DNA of 64,000 nucleotides from Thalia democratica (taxonomy: Eukaryota), in contig OZ241828.1 in the NCBI GenBank assembly GCA_965202585.1, positions 28,210,001 to 28,274,000 of the forward strand, in the 5' to 3' direction. Both the position numbers and the translations under genes were made by a program. Positions 36,901 to 51,224 of the stretch are shown one piece after another (positions within the stretch are counted from its first letter, which is position 1; the number at the start of each line of letters is the position of its first letter). The notes under the pieces were generated by a model. The model did no database searches, was not told the DNA's origin, and was given only the letters and a program-made list of their open reading frames with translations.

Positions 36901-39900
36901 TCAGATCAATATTAGTAATAAAACTATTATGATACACTTTTTTTTATTAATGTTGGTTTTAAGTGATCTCTATACTTATGATTTGAATCAGCTTTAAAAA
37001 TTTACTGCACTATTAACTATATCACTTATACTAATGTGATTAACTAAAATATATTTAAACGACAGTTTGTAAGAATTGTACTAACTTGGTTATAGAGTAC
37101 TAACTTAAACATTACTAGCATTTTTGGTTTAGATTTAAACGTAACTAATCATTTTGCTAAAGTTTTCTATAAAAGAGTTTGATAAAAAAAATTTGTTTTA
37201 AGGTTTCTGGTCACAGTTTGTATTTATGCTAGCCATTAAGAATAACTAAATATATTTAAACATTTTATAACGTTTTGTTAAACAAACCACGACTGAAACT
37301 ACAAATACTTATTCAATTTGTAAAATACTCAAAAGTGGATGGTAATAAACCACTGACTTTTATAAGACCTTTTCTTTCTTTTGGTACACTAATTTAGCAT
37401 AAAAATTGTAGTTAGTCTTTAACTTACTTTGTTGAAATTTCCTTAACTACTAATAGTTTAAACAAATATGTTGTATTTAGATTCATTAAGAGAAACATTT
37501 AGAACGTTATTCTATATAGATAAAGTTTAAATTATTATGTTTATGTCAACTTTAAAAGTAAATAAAATTAAAAACACTGGTTATAGTCAATTAGAGCTTT
37601 AATTCTTCTCAAAATAATTGCAATTAAATAATAAAATATAGTTTTTGTAAGAAACAATTAAGTTTTAAAGTTTCTCAAAAAAACTTTACTACTTAAAATT
37701 GTTGTTTTCAATTCTACTATCAGCAAAAACTACAAGTAACCAAAGTTGATTTTTTGTTGCTAATAGATAATTATATTCTAGCTGACTACTTATTTAGAGT
37801 AAAACTAAGTCCATTATTAGTTGACTAAAACTAAAACTTTGGCATGGTTAAGAGCTGAAATGAAATGCCTCTAGTGGCTATACTTGCGCAGAAAATAATT
37901 GGCTAAAATTCTAGTTCATACTCATATTTAGTCAGTATTTACAAGTTTTAAGTTAAATTTGTCGAATAGACAGTATCTGTGAAATTTTAAAACCACTTAT
38001 AATAAAGGTATATTAGAAACTCATTTAATTAAATAAATTGAAAACTGAAAATGATAAAAAACCGTGTTCTAATAATAAAAAGTAAATCAATGTAAAACAT
38101 TTAGTTGGTGGTAACGCCTCTAGTGTCAGTAATTGCATACAAAATAATTGAGTAAAATTTATGTTTATATTATTTTTAGTAAGTATTTACAAATTATAAT
38201 TTGATTATGTCAATTTCAACTTGTGTAAATTTTAAAAGCACTTTAAAAAGTGGTAAAACAGAAAACCTTAAAATTAAATAATTAAAAAATTATGCAATAT
38301 AAAAAATATTTTTCTAAAACTATATTTTATACATAACAAAAATTTTGTTGGGTGATTAAGTTTTATAGCTAAATTTTTTACTGAAGTTTTTTATATTTTA
38401 TTATAGCCTTTATTTTTGTTTTATTCTGATGTTTAACGCTTTCTACGTTAATATACATCATACTTACAGAGAGGTAACACTAAAAAAATAGTAATAATGT
38501 AGATATTAGTTTCACATAATAGTAATATAGGTTTTAATAAAAGACATTTAACAGTTTAGAGTAACTTTTGAACAATGTACTTAATTTTTTTATAAAAATG
38601 TTAGTTACAAAGCATTACAAACTATTGATTTCAAAAGTTTTTAAAAATAAGTTTTGCTTTTAATTTTTACACCTTGTGCAGAACACCAACAGATTTATGG
38701 CAAACTAGTTCTGAATTTAGAACTATAAAACAATTATCTATAAAAGTCAAGCGTAGTTTTTATTATAGTGTTTAGACTTTTTAGGGCTGATTGTTTTTAA
38801 ACTAATTAAGTCCTGCGGTTGAAAAACATTTATCGCACAAATTTTTTTTTTTTAGTTTATTTTAATAGTCTAGAATAAACTGTTAAATTTTTTTATTTAA
38901 ATTAACTTATCTAGGTAAGCTTAAAGATTTAGTTTTAGTTTTGTTCTGCTAAACAGTATAAATTACAAGTCTGATCATTCGATAAAGTAAAATTAAAATT
39001 TGTATATATTAAATTTGCAGTGATTTTAGTGTGCTATATGTAGTGATTTAGCTCGATCAAAGCAATATTAGTAATAAAACTATTATGATTATCTTTTTTT
39101 TATTAATGTTGGCTTTAAGTGATCTCTATACCTATGCTTTGAATTAGCTTTAAATATTTACTGTACTATTAACTATATCACTTATACTAATGTGATTAAC
39201 TAAAATAAATTTAAGATACAATTGGTAGAATCTGTTTATAGAATACTTACCAAAACATTACTATCACTTTTGGTTTAGATTTAGACATAACTAATCATTT
39301 AAGTTAAAGTTTTATTTAAAAAAATATTGTTATGATTTTTTTCGTTTTAAATTTTTTGATCACAATTTTTACGTATGTTAGCCATTAAAAAAATAACTAA
39401 ATATAGTTAAAAACTTTATAACGTTTTGTTTTAAGAGCCATAACTGGAACTGCAAATACTTATTGCATTTGTAAAACACTCAGAAATGGATGGTAATAAA
39501 CCACAAGTTTCTGTAAAAAAACTTCTTTATTTTGTTTCATTAATATAGCATGAAAAATATAACTGGTCTTTAACTTATTTTATTGATATTTCCTTAGATA
39601 CTGTTACTTTAAAAATCATATTTTATTTAGATTTATTAAGATGGTTAAGTGATATATTTAGAACTTAATTCTATATAAATAATGATAAAATGGTTTGAAT
39701 ATGTATTTTTTAAAAGTACATAAGAAATCAAACCACTGCTTTTAGTCAATCGCAGCTTAAACTCATCTCAAATTTATTACAATAAAGTATTGAAATATAG
39801 TTTTTGAAAAAAACTATAAAAACCTCAACGTTTCTCAAAAAAAATATACTGATTAAAATTGTTTTTGATAATTCTATCATCAATAAGAGCTACATAAAAG

Positions 39901-40384
39901 TAACAGTAGTTTATTTTTATCTGTTAAGAGTTCATTATATTCTAGCTGACTACTAATCTATTAAAATAAGTCCATTAAAAAATTGACTAAAGCTAAAACG
40001 TTGGCATAGTTAATAGCTGCAATTAAATGCCTCTAGTGTCTATGGTCGCGCAAAAAAAAAATTTACTAAAGTTTATGTATTTATATATAATTAGTCACTA
40101 CTTGTCAGATTGAATTAAAATTTTTGTGGTCACAGTACCTGTGTAATTTTGAAACCACTTGTAAAAGTGGTAAAGTAGAAACTCATTTAATTAGATAAAC
40201 GGAAAATGATGAAAATCCTTTTTCTACTGATAATCAATAAAATAATATAAAAAATTCAGAGAGTAGTTTCGTTTTTTGGACTACTTTTTTGTTTTTTTTA
40301 ATTGAAGGTGGATATAGTCTTTGCTTTTGCATATTATTAATGTAAAATAACAGTAACCTGCTGCTTTCATTTTTTAACAGAGTT

Positions 40385-41225
40385 GATCAGGTAACTATGA
40401 TCACCACAAAGTCATATTATTTGTTAAGGTAAAAATTATCATCGAGCGTATGATCCAATTGTTAACATAACAATGATCACTAAGAGAATGATCAGGTTTG
40501 TTAAGATAACTGTTTGGACCAAGAGAATTATAAGGTTTGTTAAGGTAACAATGATCATCGAAAGAATTATCAGGTTTAAACGTATTTATGTATCCAACAG
40601 AAAGACCATGGTTTTTAAGGAAACTATAATCACTAAATGATCAGGGTTTTTAAGGTAACTAAAATCATCAAAAGAATGATCAGGGTTGTTAAGGAAACAA
40701 TGATCATCGAGAGAATGATCAGGTTTGTTAAGGTAACAATGATCACCAAAAGAATGATCTGCGTTGTTATGGTAACTAAGATCTTCAAGAGGATGATCAG
40801 GTTTTTAAGGAAAGCATGATCATTAAGAGGATTGCCAAGGGTGGTAAATAACTACGAGTACTAAGAGGATGATCAGGGTTGTTAAGGTAACTATTAGCAT
40901 CAAAAAGATGACCAGTGATGTTAAGGTGACTATGATCACCAAGAAGATGACCAGGATTACTAAGAAAACTATGAACATCAAGAGAATCACGATGATTATT
41001 AAGGCAACTATGATCATCAAGAGAATGATCGGAGTTTTTAAGGTAACTATTACAATCAAGAGTTGTAATAACCTGGGTTTTAATTGTATATACGATCGTC
41101 AAAAGGGTAACCGGGGCTGATTAGGTAACTATTAGGATGAAGAGGATGACCAAGGGTGGTAAAAAACTACGAGTACTAAGAGGATGATCATAGTTGGTAT
41201 GGAAACTATGACCACTTATTTGAGT
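40385..41225 (+). repeat. 39-bp minisatellite array 6
   Basis: Consensus units. Confidence 0.9.
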
Positions 41226-44200
41226 ATTTATTATACCACTTTTACAAGTGGTTTTAAAATTTGCAGATATTGCAGTCAAATTAAATTTAACTTGTATGTT
41301 TATATTAAAGATTATCTATATACAAACATAAATTATACACTTATTATGTTTGCAAATAGTTCTGCCACTAAAGGCGATTGATCACTATTCTTGAGCAGTT
41401 TTAGTTTTATTTTGTTAATAATGTAATGACAGTGCAAAATTCCTTGCATTGTCATTGTTTTGAAGAATATTTAGAGTTAGATACGCATTAATGCACAAGC
41501 CAATGAGAATCATCTGATGTAATGTTGAAAATAAAATACTGATGCAACGGGGCGTCAAGGGTGATAGGCAGTTTCATGTGAGCAGCTAGTTTAGTTTTGG
41601 TGTGCAACTGGAAGCAACAACAGATATCTTGAACTTTTTGTGAATGCTTATTGTAAGTATTGTTTTGTTTTAAAAAAGAATATTTCAACTGTGTTTAATT
41701 GTTTAAGTATTTAAGCCATGTTTATAGTTTAAAAGTTTATTAAACCTTTTACAGTATCTTGTCTACTAAAAGCTTAATGTAATTTTTAGTTTATTGTTTT
41801 AAGTCTTTGGATTTAGATTTAAATAGCTTGTAGTTTCTAAAAAGTTTGTAATAGTAATTTATAGTTTTGTATATGCTAGTATTTCTTGTTGTGTTTTATA
41901 TAAAAGATTCATCACTTAAAACTGTCTGTCTGATTTATATAAAGTAGCCTAGAGTAGCATTAAGTGTTTTATATATATTGTCCACTTATAATTACAAATT
42001 AGCACTTATAAATTAGTTATAGTACTATGTCCAACTTAGATAATATTAATATCTAATAATAACTAATGCCTGCAGCGGTTCCTGAAAATAAGCCTGTTAG
42101 AAGGTCACCCCGCTTGCAGGAAAAGTATGAACAAAAAGGTCAGGTTGACAATCTGCCCACAGAAAGTCAACCTGACCCAACTGAGGCTTTAGAGGTTGGG
42201 CCACCAACATCGATAGCCCACAATAACATAAATCTTAAGCAGTTTTAGTTTAAAATGTTTACATAAGTGAGTTTTATTACGCTGTACCACTATGCTGCGG
42301 TTAGCGATAGAGAATTGCCTTCTTTTGTTCTCTTCTCTCAAATTATTTCATCTTTTAAGCAGTAAATGCAGTTGAATGTTGTTTTTTGGGGCTTTTGCTT
42401 TTTAAATTGCTTTTTGTAACTTTAACTTTAGTTTTGTTTTTTTTTTTCTAAAGAGCAACCAGCATAATTGTTAAATATCATTAAATAGATGTCGATCTTT
42501 TTTAATTTAGGCTGTTAAGCCGAACTATTTTATTCCATAATATTTTGCTAGTATACCTTGTTGTATATTGTTGCACATTTGGTCATTGTAAACACAATCT
42601 TTTAATAAGTTACTTACAGACTCAATTTCAGTTGTATATAAGCTATCTACAGTTTTATAAATCTACTTTAGTTAAACAGTAGTTTAAGTTCAAATAATAC
42701 TTTTAAATCCACTATACTAATTAGCTAAGTCAGTCTTAATATTAGCTTTAGAATTAACCTTAACATTTCAATATGTTAGCGCGTTATAGTCAGTAAATGC
42801 CAGGCCCGCGTTACATATATAACTAATCACAAATCTTAGTTGGTTTAATAGTATTTAAATATAAATATTAAGCAGTTTTAGTTCTAGCTAAAAATATCAG
42901 CATAAAGAATTTTATCACGCTAGTAAAGCTATTAGAAATTACCCAACTTAATTATACCAATGGCTTTAAGTTGCCACTAACATAACTATTTTATCAAACT
43001 TTTTATAACACTAACTTGTTTTGATCGATATAGTTTAATTAATATTATATGTATAACTACATTGTTCATTTTAATTGTTTGCTATCATTTCTAACCCAAT
43101 CACTTTTAACTCTATCATTTCTAACTCAATCATACCTAACCCGATCAGTAAAAATGCTACTATTTTTAGCTAAAACTAAAACTGCTTAAAACTTATAGTT
43201 AAACGCATCTAGTGATACAACTATTTGAACACAAAATAAATTTAAAGTTTGTATATGTTTATTCATTAGTAAATTATTAAAATTGATTATAAATTTAACT
43301 GCAATATCTAAAAATTTTAACATCACTTAGATAAGTGGTAAAAAAAATTCATTTTATTAACATATATATATTAAGACCTGCTAAATTGTTTTTTTTTTAC
43401 TAGTATTGAATTAATTAAAACCCCCGATATCCAAACATTTTCAAATGACTAGAACTAAAACTAGAGTACGAATATGATTCGCCTTGAAAGTCAAATTAAT
43501 TGTCTTAAAACAAAATAAATAAGTAATTAATTTTTGGTAATGATCACTAATACTAATCATTAAACTTTAGAAAATGTATTATGATAGTTTTTTAAAGCAG
43601 TTAGTAGTAATATTTCAAAGTCAAACGTGTGTTTAATAGTTTTTTCAGTTTATTAAAGTTGCGCTAATGTGTATATTACAAAAAATATTATTTTATAATA
43701 TGTTCACTCACTTGTTATTTTGAGATTTTTTTAACTTATTTTTTTTTTTGATTTGGCTGTGAGGTGCAATGTGTTTTTGAGTCACTGAGTTGTTGCTGTT
43801 TAATGATATGAAGAAAGATCAGCAGGGTCCCTAACCATTGTTATATAAGAAGCAACCCCAGACACTTTTTAGTGCCCCAAGTTTCCTCACCAACCCTTTT
43901 CATTCATTATAGATTCAAAATTATGAAGCAAAATTATTTGAATTAGTTAAATTGTAAACTGACTTTTAATAGCATACAAAAAAAATTTTTATTCTTCAAT
44001 TGAAACAATCTAAAGGTTTTACGATTTAATAAAATTTATACAAAATAGTAGTTAACATGTGTTTGAATTTGTTTGTCAGGTAACAGCTACTGATAGATAA
44101 ACTTATAACATACGCATAGAAGTAATATCATTTTATAATCATTTTTTAATGAAAGTTTTTTGAGAAATGCTTTTTGTAGTATTGCCTAGAAGGCATTGCA

Positions 44201-47106
44201 TTTGTTTAAAGTTTCATAAAAAATTTTTTTATTGTTTGTTAGATCTAACTAAAACTATTATTATTAAGTAGAAATAAAACTGTAACATGATTAAAATTGC
44301 AATCAAATGCCTCTAGTGGTAAAATTAGTTTTACACAAAATGAGTGTTTAGATTTCAGTTTGTATATATGCATATGAGAGCACTAGTGAAAGAAAGAAAG
44401 TCAAAATTATTTTGATTACAGTATCTAGCAAATTTTAAAACCACTTGAAAAAGTGGTAAAGCAAAGATTATAAAGTTAGAAATTATAAATAAAAACAAAC
44501 ATATTTTAAGTTTTTCCACAATAAATATTTATTAAGTTGAATAAAAAATTTATATGTTTAATATTTACATAATATAAAGATTTTTTCGAAATATTATATT
44601 TTATATTATCAATCGTTTCTAAAGTTTAGAAACAATAATTTTTTTATAATGTAAGTCGTTACAAAATTTGTTAAAAAGTTTTTAAGTTTTAAATTAAATA
44701 AGTATAGCTTTTATTTATTAAATTTTATGCATAGCACAAAATAACTGGTGGCTCACTACTTTTGGATATAAGAATCTAATTATTTACTTATAAGTGTGAC
44801 GTGAGTTTTATTACAGTTTGCAGTGTTTTTTAAGGCTGATAGTTTTAAAACTAATTGAGTCCTGTTTTTAAAAAACTTCTTATTGAATAAAAATTTTAAT
44901 TGGTAGTTTGTTTTTACAATCATAGATAGAATAATCTAAGTTTGTACTTATTAAATTAAGCTTAAATGTTGAGTTTTAGTTTTGTTCTGCTAAAGAATAT
45001 AAATTACAAGTTTAATTATTCGATAAAATAAGTTTTAAGAAAAACGTTTATATATATATATATATACCTTTGCAGTGATTTCAAATGTACAATATGTAGT
45101 GATTTAGCTTGATCAGATCAATATTAGTAATAAAACTATTATGATTTATTTTTTTTATTAATGTTGGCTTTAAGTGATCTCTATACTTATGCTTTTAATC
45201 AGCTTTAAGTATTTACTGTACTATTAACTATATCACTTATACTAATGTGATTAACTAAAATATATTTAAACGACAGTAGGTAAGAATTGTACTAACTTGG
45301 TTATAGAGTACTAACTAAAACATTACTAGCATTTTTGGTTAAGATTTAAACATAACTAATCATTTTGCTAAAGTTTTCTACAAAAGAGTTTAATAAAAAA
45401 AATTGTTTTAAGGTTTTTGGTCACATTTTGTATTTATGTTAGCTATTAAGAATAACTAAATGTAGTTAAACATTTTATAACGTTTTGTTAAACAAGCCAC
45501 GACAGAAACTACAAATACTTATTCAATTTGTAAAATACTCAAAAGTTGATGGTGTATTAAACCACTGATTTTTATAAGACCTTTTCTTTTTTTTAGTGCA
45601 TTAATTTAGCATGAAATTTGTAATTAGTCTTTAACTTACTTTGTAAAAATTTCCTTAATTACTAATGTTTAATATGTTGTATTTAGATTCATTAAGTGAA
45701 ACATTTAGAACGTTATTCTATATAGATAAAGTTTAAATTAATATGTTTATGTCAACTTTAAAAGTAAATAAAATTTTAAAAACTGGTTTTAGTCAATTAG
45801 AGCTTAAATTCTTTTCAAAATAATTGCAATTAAATGTTAAAATATAGGTTTTGTAAGAAACTACTAAGTTTTAAAGTTTCTCAAAAAAACTTTACTACTT
45901 AAAATTGTTGTTAATTCTACTATCAGTAAAAATTACAAGTAACCGAAGTTGATTTTTTGTTGCTAATAAAAAATTATATTCTAGCTGACTACTTATCTAG
46001 AGTAAAACTAAGTCAATTATTAGTTGAATAAAACTAAAACTTTGGCATGGTTAAGAGCTGAAATGAAATGCCTCTAGTGGCTATAGTTGCGCAGAAAATA
46101 ATTGACTAAAATTCTAGTTCATACTCATATTTAGTCAGTATTTACAAGTTTTAAGTTTAATTTGTCGAATAGACAGTATCTGTGAAATTTTAAAACCATT
46201 TATAATAGTGGTAAATTAGAAATTCATTAAATTAAATAAATTGAAAACTGATAATGGTAAAAACCGTGTTCTAATAATAAAAAGTAAATCAATATAAAGC
46301 ATTCAGTGGGTGAAAACGCCTCTAGTGTCAGTAGTTGCATACAAAATAATTGAGTAAAATTTTAGTTTATACTCATTTTTAGTAAGTATTTACAAATTAT
46401 ATTTTGGTTATGTCAATTTCAACCTGTGTAAATTTTAAAGGCATTTTAAAAAGTGGTAAAATAGAAAACCTTGAAATTAAATGATTAAAAAATTAGATAA
46501 TTTTTCTAAAATAATATTTTATACATAACAAAAAATACATTTGGTGATTAAGTGCTATAGCTAATTTTTTTATTGAATTTTTTATTTTTATTATAGCCTT
46601 TACTTTTATATTATTCTGATGTTTAACGCTTTCTACGTTCATTAATAGTTCATTATATTCTAGCTGACTACTAATCTATTAAAATAAGTCCATTAAAAAA
46701 ATTGACTAAAGCTAAAATTTTGGCATAGTTAAGAGCTGCAATGAAATGCCTCTAGTGTCTATGGTCGCGCAAAAAGAAAGTTTACTAAAGTTTTTGTATT
46801 CATTTATAATTAGTCACTACTTAAAAGATTAAAGTAAAATTTTTATGGTCACAGTACCTGTGTAATTTTGAAACCACTTGTAAAAGTGGTAAAGTAGAAT
46901 CTCATTTAATTAGATAAACGGAAAATGATGAAAATCCTTTTTCTACTGATAATCAATAAAACAATATAAAACATTCAGAGAGTAGTTTCGTTTTTTAAAC
47001 TACTTTTTTGTTTTTTCTTAATTGAAGGTGGAAATATTCTTTGCTTTTGCAATTTGTTAATGTAAAATAACAGTAACCTGCTGCTTTCATTTTATAACAG
47101 ATTTGA

Positions 47107-47840
47107 CCAGGTAACTATGATCACCAAGAATTCATGTTATTTGTTTAGGTAAAAATTATCATCGAGCGTATGATCAGATTGTTAACATAACAATGTTCAC
47201 GAAGAGAATGATCAGGTTTTTTAAGGTAACTATTATCACAAAGAGAATGAAATTTTTTTTTGAGGTAAAAATTATCATCGAGCGCATGATCAGGGTTGTT
47301 AATAACTATGATCACCAAGAGAATTATATTGTTTGTTAAGGTAACTATGATCACCAAAAAACTGATCAGGTTTGTTCAGATAACTACTATTACCAAGAAG
47401 AGGATCAGGGTTAATAAGGTCACCTATGAATTGTTTGTTCGGGTAACATTGGTAACTAAAAGTATGATATGGTTTGTTAAGGCAACAATGGTACCGCTGA
47501 TATAACAAGGGTTGTTAAGGAAACTATGATCACCAAGAGAATGATCAGGGTTGTTAAGGTAACAATGATTATCGAGAGAATGATCAGGGTTGTTAAGGTA
47601 ACTATGATCACCAAGAGAATGATCAGGGTTGTTAAGGTAACAATGATTATCGAGAGAATGATCAGGATTTTAAAGTTAACTATGATCACCAAGATAATGA
47701 TCTGGGTTGTTATGGTAACTATGATTACCAAGGGATGATCAGGGTTTTTAATGGCAGTATGATCATCAAGAGGAATTCCAAGAGTAATAAAAAACTATGA
47801 GTACTAAGAGGATGATCTGGGAACTATGAGCACTCAGAGA
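47107..47840 (+). repeat. 39-bp minisatellite array 7 (duplicate of array 3)
   Basis: Same diagnostic variant units as array 3 (e.g. aatggtaccgc). Confidence 0.9.
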
Positions 47841-49309
47841 ATTTTTTACTTTACCACTTTTACAAGTGGTTTTAAAATTTGCAGATATTGCAGTCAAATT
47901 AAATTTAACTTAAGTCTTTATATTAAAGATCAATTAAATAAAAACGTAAATTTTACATTTATTTTATTTGCAATTTTTCTGTCATTAGAGGCGTTTGATC
48001 ACTACTCTTGAGCAGTTTTAGTTGTAATTTGTTGTTGTATTAATATCAAGCAGTTTTAGATTTAGTTAAATATAACAGCATAAGTAGTTTTATCACGCTG
48101 TACCACTATGCTTCGCTTAGCGGTAGAGAGTTGCTTTCTTTCATTCTCTTCTCTCAAATTATTTCATTTTATAAGCAGTTAATGCATTTGAAGGTTAGTT
48201 TTTGGGCTTTTTCTTTTGAGATTGCTATTGTAACTTTTACTTTAGTTTTGTGTTTTTTTTTTTTCTAAAGAGCAACCAATAAACTTTTTAAATATCATTA
48301 CTAGCGTAACAAAGTCGATTGATTTTTTAACTTAGCCTGTTTAGCCGAAGTATTTTATTTTGTATTATTTAGCTAGTATAGTTTGTCGTATTTTTACGCA
48401 CACTAATCATTGTAAATATATTCTCAACTTACAGACTCGATTTCAGTTATATAAGTTATATAGGTTTTTTACGACCGTATAAAACTACTTTAATTAAACA
48501 GTAATATAAGTTCAATTAACACTTATAAACCTACTATATTAATTAGCTAAGTCAGTCTAAACACTAGCTTAAGAATGAACTTCGTGTTTATTATATACGA
48601 GCGCGTTATAGTCAGTAGACGGTTGAATGCTAGTAAAATAACTAGAAATTACGCAATTTTATTCTATCAATGGCTTCAAGTTAACACTAAAAAAACTATT
48701 TTATTAACTTTTTTTTCGAAAATAAATTATATTGTGTTGATCCATATAGTTTAGTCAATATTATATGTATAACTAAATTTTTCATTTTAATGGTTAACTA
48801 TTATTTCTAACCCGATCATTTCCAACCCGATCATATCGAATTCAATTATTTTTATCCCGATCAGTAAAAATGCTACTATTTTTAGCCAAAACTAAAACTG
48901 CTTAAGACTTATAGTTAAACACCCATAGTGATACAACTAATTGCAAGCAAAATAGATTTTAGTTCGTATATTTTTATCAATTAATTTAACTAAAAAATCA
49001 ATAACTTTTTAAGTTAAATTTAATTTAACTGCAATAGATTAAAATGTTATTAATCATCATATTACTAAACAATAACATTAAACATCTTTATATTACAAAA
49101 CTGCTAAGTTTTTTTTTATTAGTATTAAACTTAATAAAAATCACTGTTAACTAAATACTGTAATATGAATAAAACTAAAACTAGAGTACGATTACGATTT
49201 GCCTTAAAAGTCAAACTAAGTGTCTTAAAATAAATTAAATAAATTATCAGCTTTTATTAATTGTCACTAAAACTAATCATTAAACTTTCTGAAATATACT
49301 AATAATAAT

Positions 49310-49951
49310 ATATATACTATAAAAATATTTTTACTAAGCTACAAGATGCTTTTTACTGATTTAAAAAATTTAAAATAACTTTTTAGATATAGCCGGTCAA
49401 AATCGGCGGCAACAACATGATCCTTATAGGAGGCGCAAACTAAAACCGCAAATAACTAGAAATCACTAAAAATCTATCTCCTCCTACGTTTTTTGAGATA
49501 ACTACCTCAAATTTTTAGAAAATGTTCCTTGATATATTTTAAAATTCTATCGTAACAGAATTTAAAAAAATTACAAAATAAAAATTTTATAATAAAAAAA
49601 CTAAAAAAATCTGTGTTTTTTGTTTCTTTTTTATAGAAAATTTTTATTTTTTTATTTTAAAAAAAATCCTTCCAACAGAATTTTCTAAATACATCAAGGA
49701 ACACTTCCTAAAAATTTGAGGTAGTTATCTCAAAAAACGTAGGAGAAGATAGATTTTAGTAAAATAGTCTATTTTTGCCGTTTTAGTTTGTGCCTCTCAT
49801 AAGGAACCTATTGTTGCCTTCGACTTTGATATGCTATATCGCAAAAGTTATTTTGAATTTTTTAAATCTGTAAAAAGCATTTTGTAGCTTAGTAAAAACT
49901 ATATAGAATAAGATCAAAAACCAAAAAAGGGTGTTTACCTCCCCTATGCCC
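49310..49951. mobile_element. Foldback non-autonomous DNA element, Kolobok-like right end at TTAA; left end missing
   Basis: Arms of about 270 bp are imperfect reverse complements (ttactaagctacaagatgctttttactg at ~49332 vs ctgtaaaaagcattttgtagcttagtaa at ~49868; ctacgttttttgagataactacctcaaattttta vs its complement at ~49710). Ends ...cctatgccc|TTAA, i.e. a GG terminus at a TTAA site. Confidence 0.55.
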
Positions 49952-51224
49952 TTAATTTAATAACTATTAATTAAAAAACATCTTGAAATGAGTTTAATTT
50001 TATCTGTAATTTTTAACTTAATAAGTTTTTATTTCACCACTTTTTCAAGTGGTTTTAAAATTTACTAGACACTGTAATCAAAATATATTTGACTTTCTTT
50101 TTATCATTGGTACTCGTATATATATATACAAACTGAAATCTAAACACTCATTTTGTGTCAAAATACTTTTACCACTAGAGGTATTTGATTGCAATTTTAA
50201 TCATGTTACAGTTTTATACTAATATAATAACAATGGCTGTAGTTAGATTTAATAAACTAATATAACAACCATACTTATTCAATATAAAGTGTAAAAAAAT
50301 GGAAAGCCTTCAAGGTAGTACGACCAAAACCATTCTTCTGAAAACTTTAATTGAAAAAATTATCAAATGGTACTACTATTGTGCGTATATTACTAGGGGA
50401 CACGTTCAAAATCGACACATTATAAGTTTATCTATCAACAGCTGTTATCTGACGAAAAACTTCAAAGACATATTTATTAAAATTTTTTTATACTTGTTTA
50501 AGATTTATTAAGTAGTATTGTCTACTGATGTCTTTTAATTATAGAACTAAAACAACTTTTTCATTTTTATATGCTATGAAAGGTCAGTCTACATTTAAAC
50601 CAAAATTCAAATAATTTTACTTCATAATCTTGAATACATGATGAATGAAAAGGGTTGGTGAGGAAACTTGGGGCACTAAAAAGTGACCCGGGGTGATTCT
50701 AATATAACCCAAACAACAATGATTAGGGTCCCTGCTGATCTTGTTTCATACCATTAAACAGCAAAAATCATTGACTCAAAAACACACTGAAACTCACAGC
50801 CAAATCAAACAAAATATAAATTAACAATATCTCAAAATAACAAGTGAGTGAACATATTATAAAATATTTTTTTTTGTAATATACACATTATCGCAACTTT
50901 AATTAACAGAAACACACGTTTTACTTAGAGACCACTACTAATTGCTTTAAAAGACTATCATAATATATTTAAGAAAGTTTAATGATTAGTTTTAGTGACA
51001 ATTAATAAAAGCTGATAATTTATTTGATTTATTTTAAGACACTTAGTTTGACTTTTAAGGCAAATCGTAATCGTACTCTAGTTTTAGTTTTATTCATATT
51101 ACAGTATTTAGTTAACAGTGATTTTTATTAACTTTAATACTAATAAAAAAAAACTTAGCAGTTTTGTAATATAAAGATGTTTAATGTTGTTGTTTAGTAA
51201 TATGATGATTAATAACATTTTAAT
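49952..51224 (-). repeat. Inverted duplicate of the ~25740-27005 module
   Basis: Reverse complement of 25740-27005, including an inverted A-B unit at 50036-50186. Confidence 0.9.

Larger units (their letters stand above)
19956..43331 (+). repeat. Macro-unit copy 1 of a ~23.4-kb tandem segmental duplication
   Basis: Collinear with 43332 onward: 23748/47107, 28261/53403, 33460/58670, 36073/61401, 39438/64000. The offset grows from ~23.4 to ~25.2 kb after the 49.3-51.3 kb rearrangement. Confidence 0.9.
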
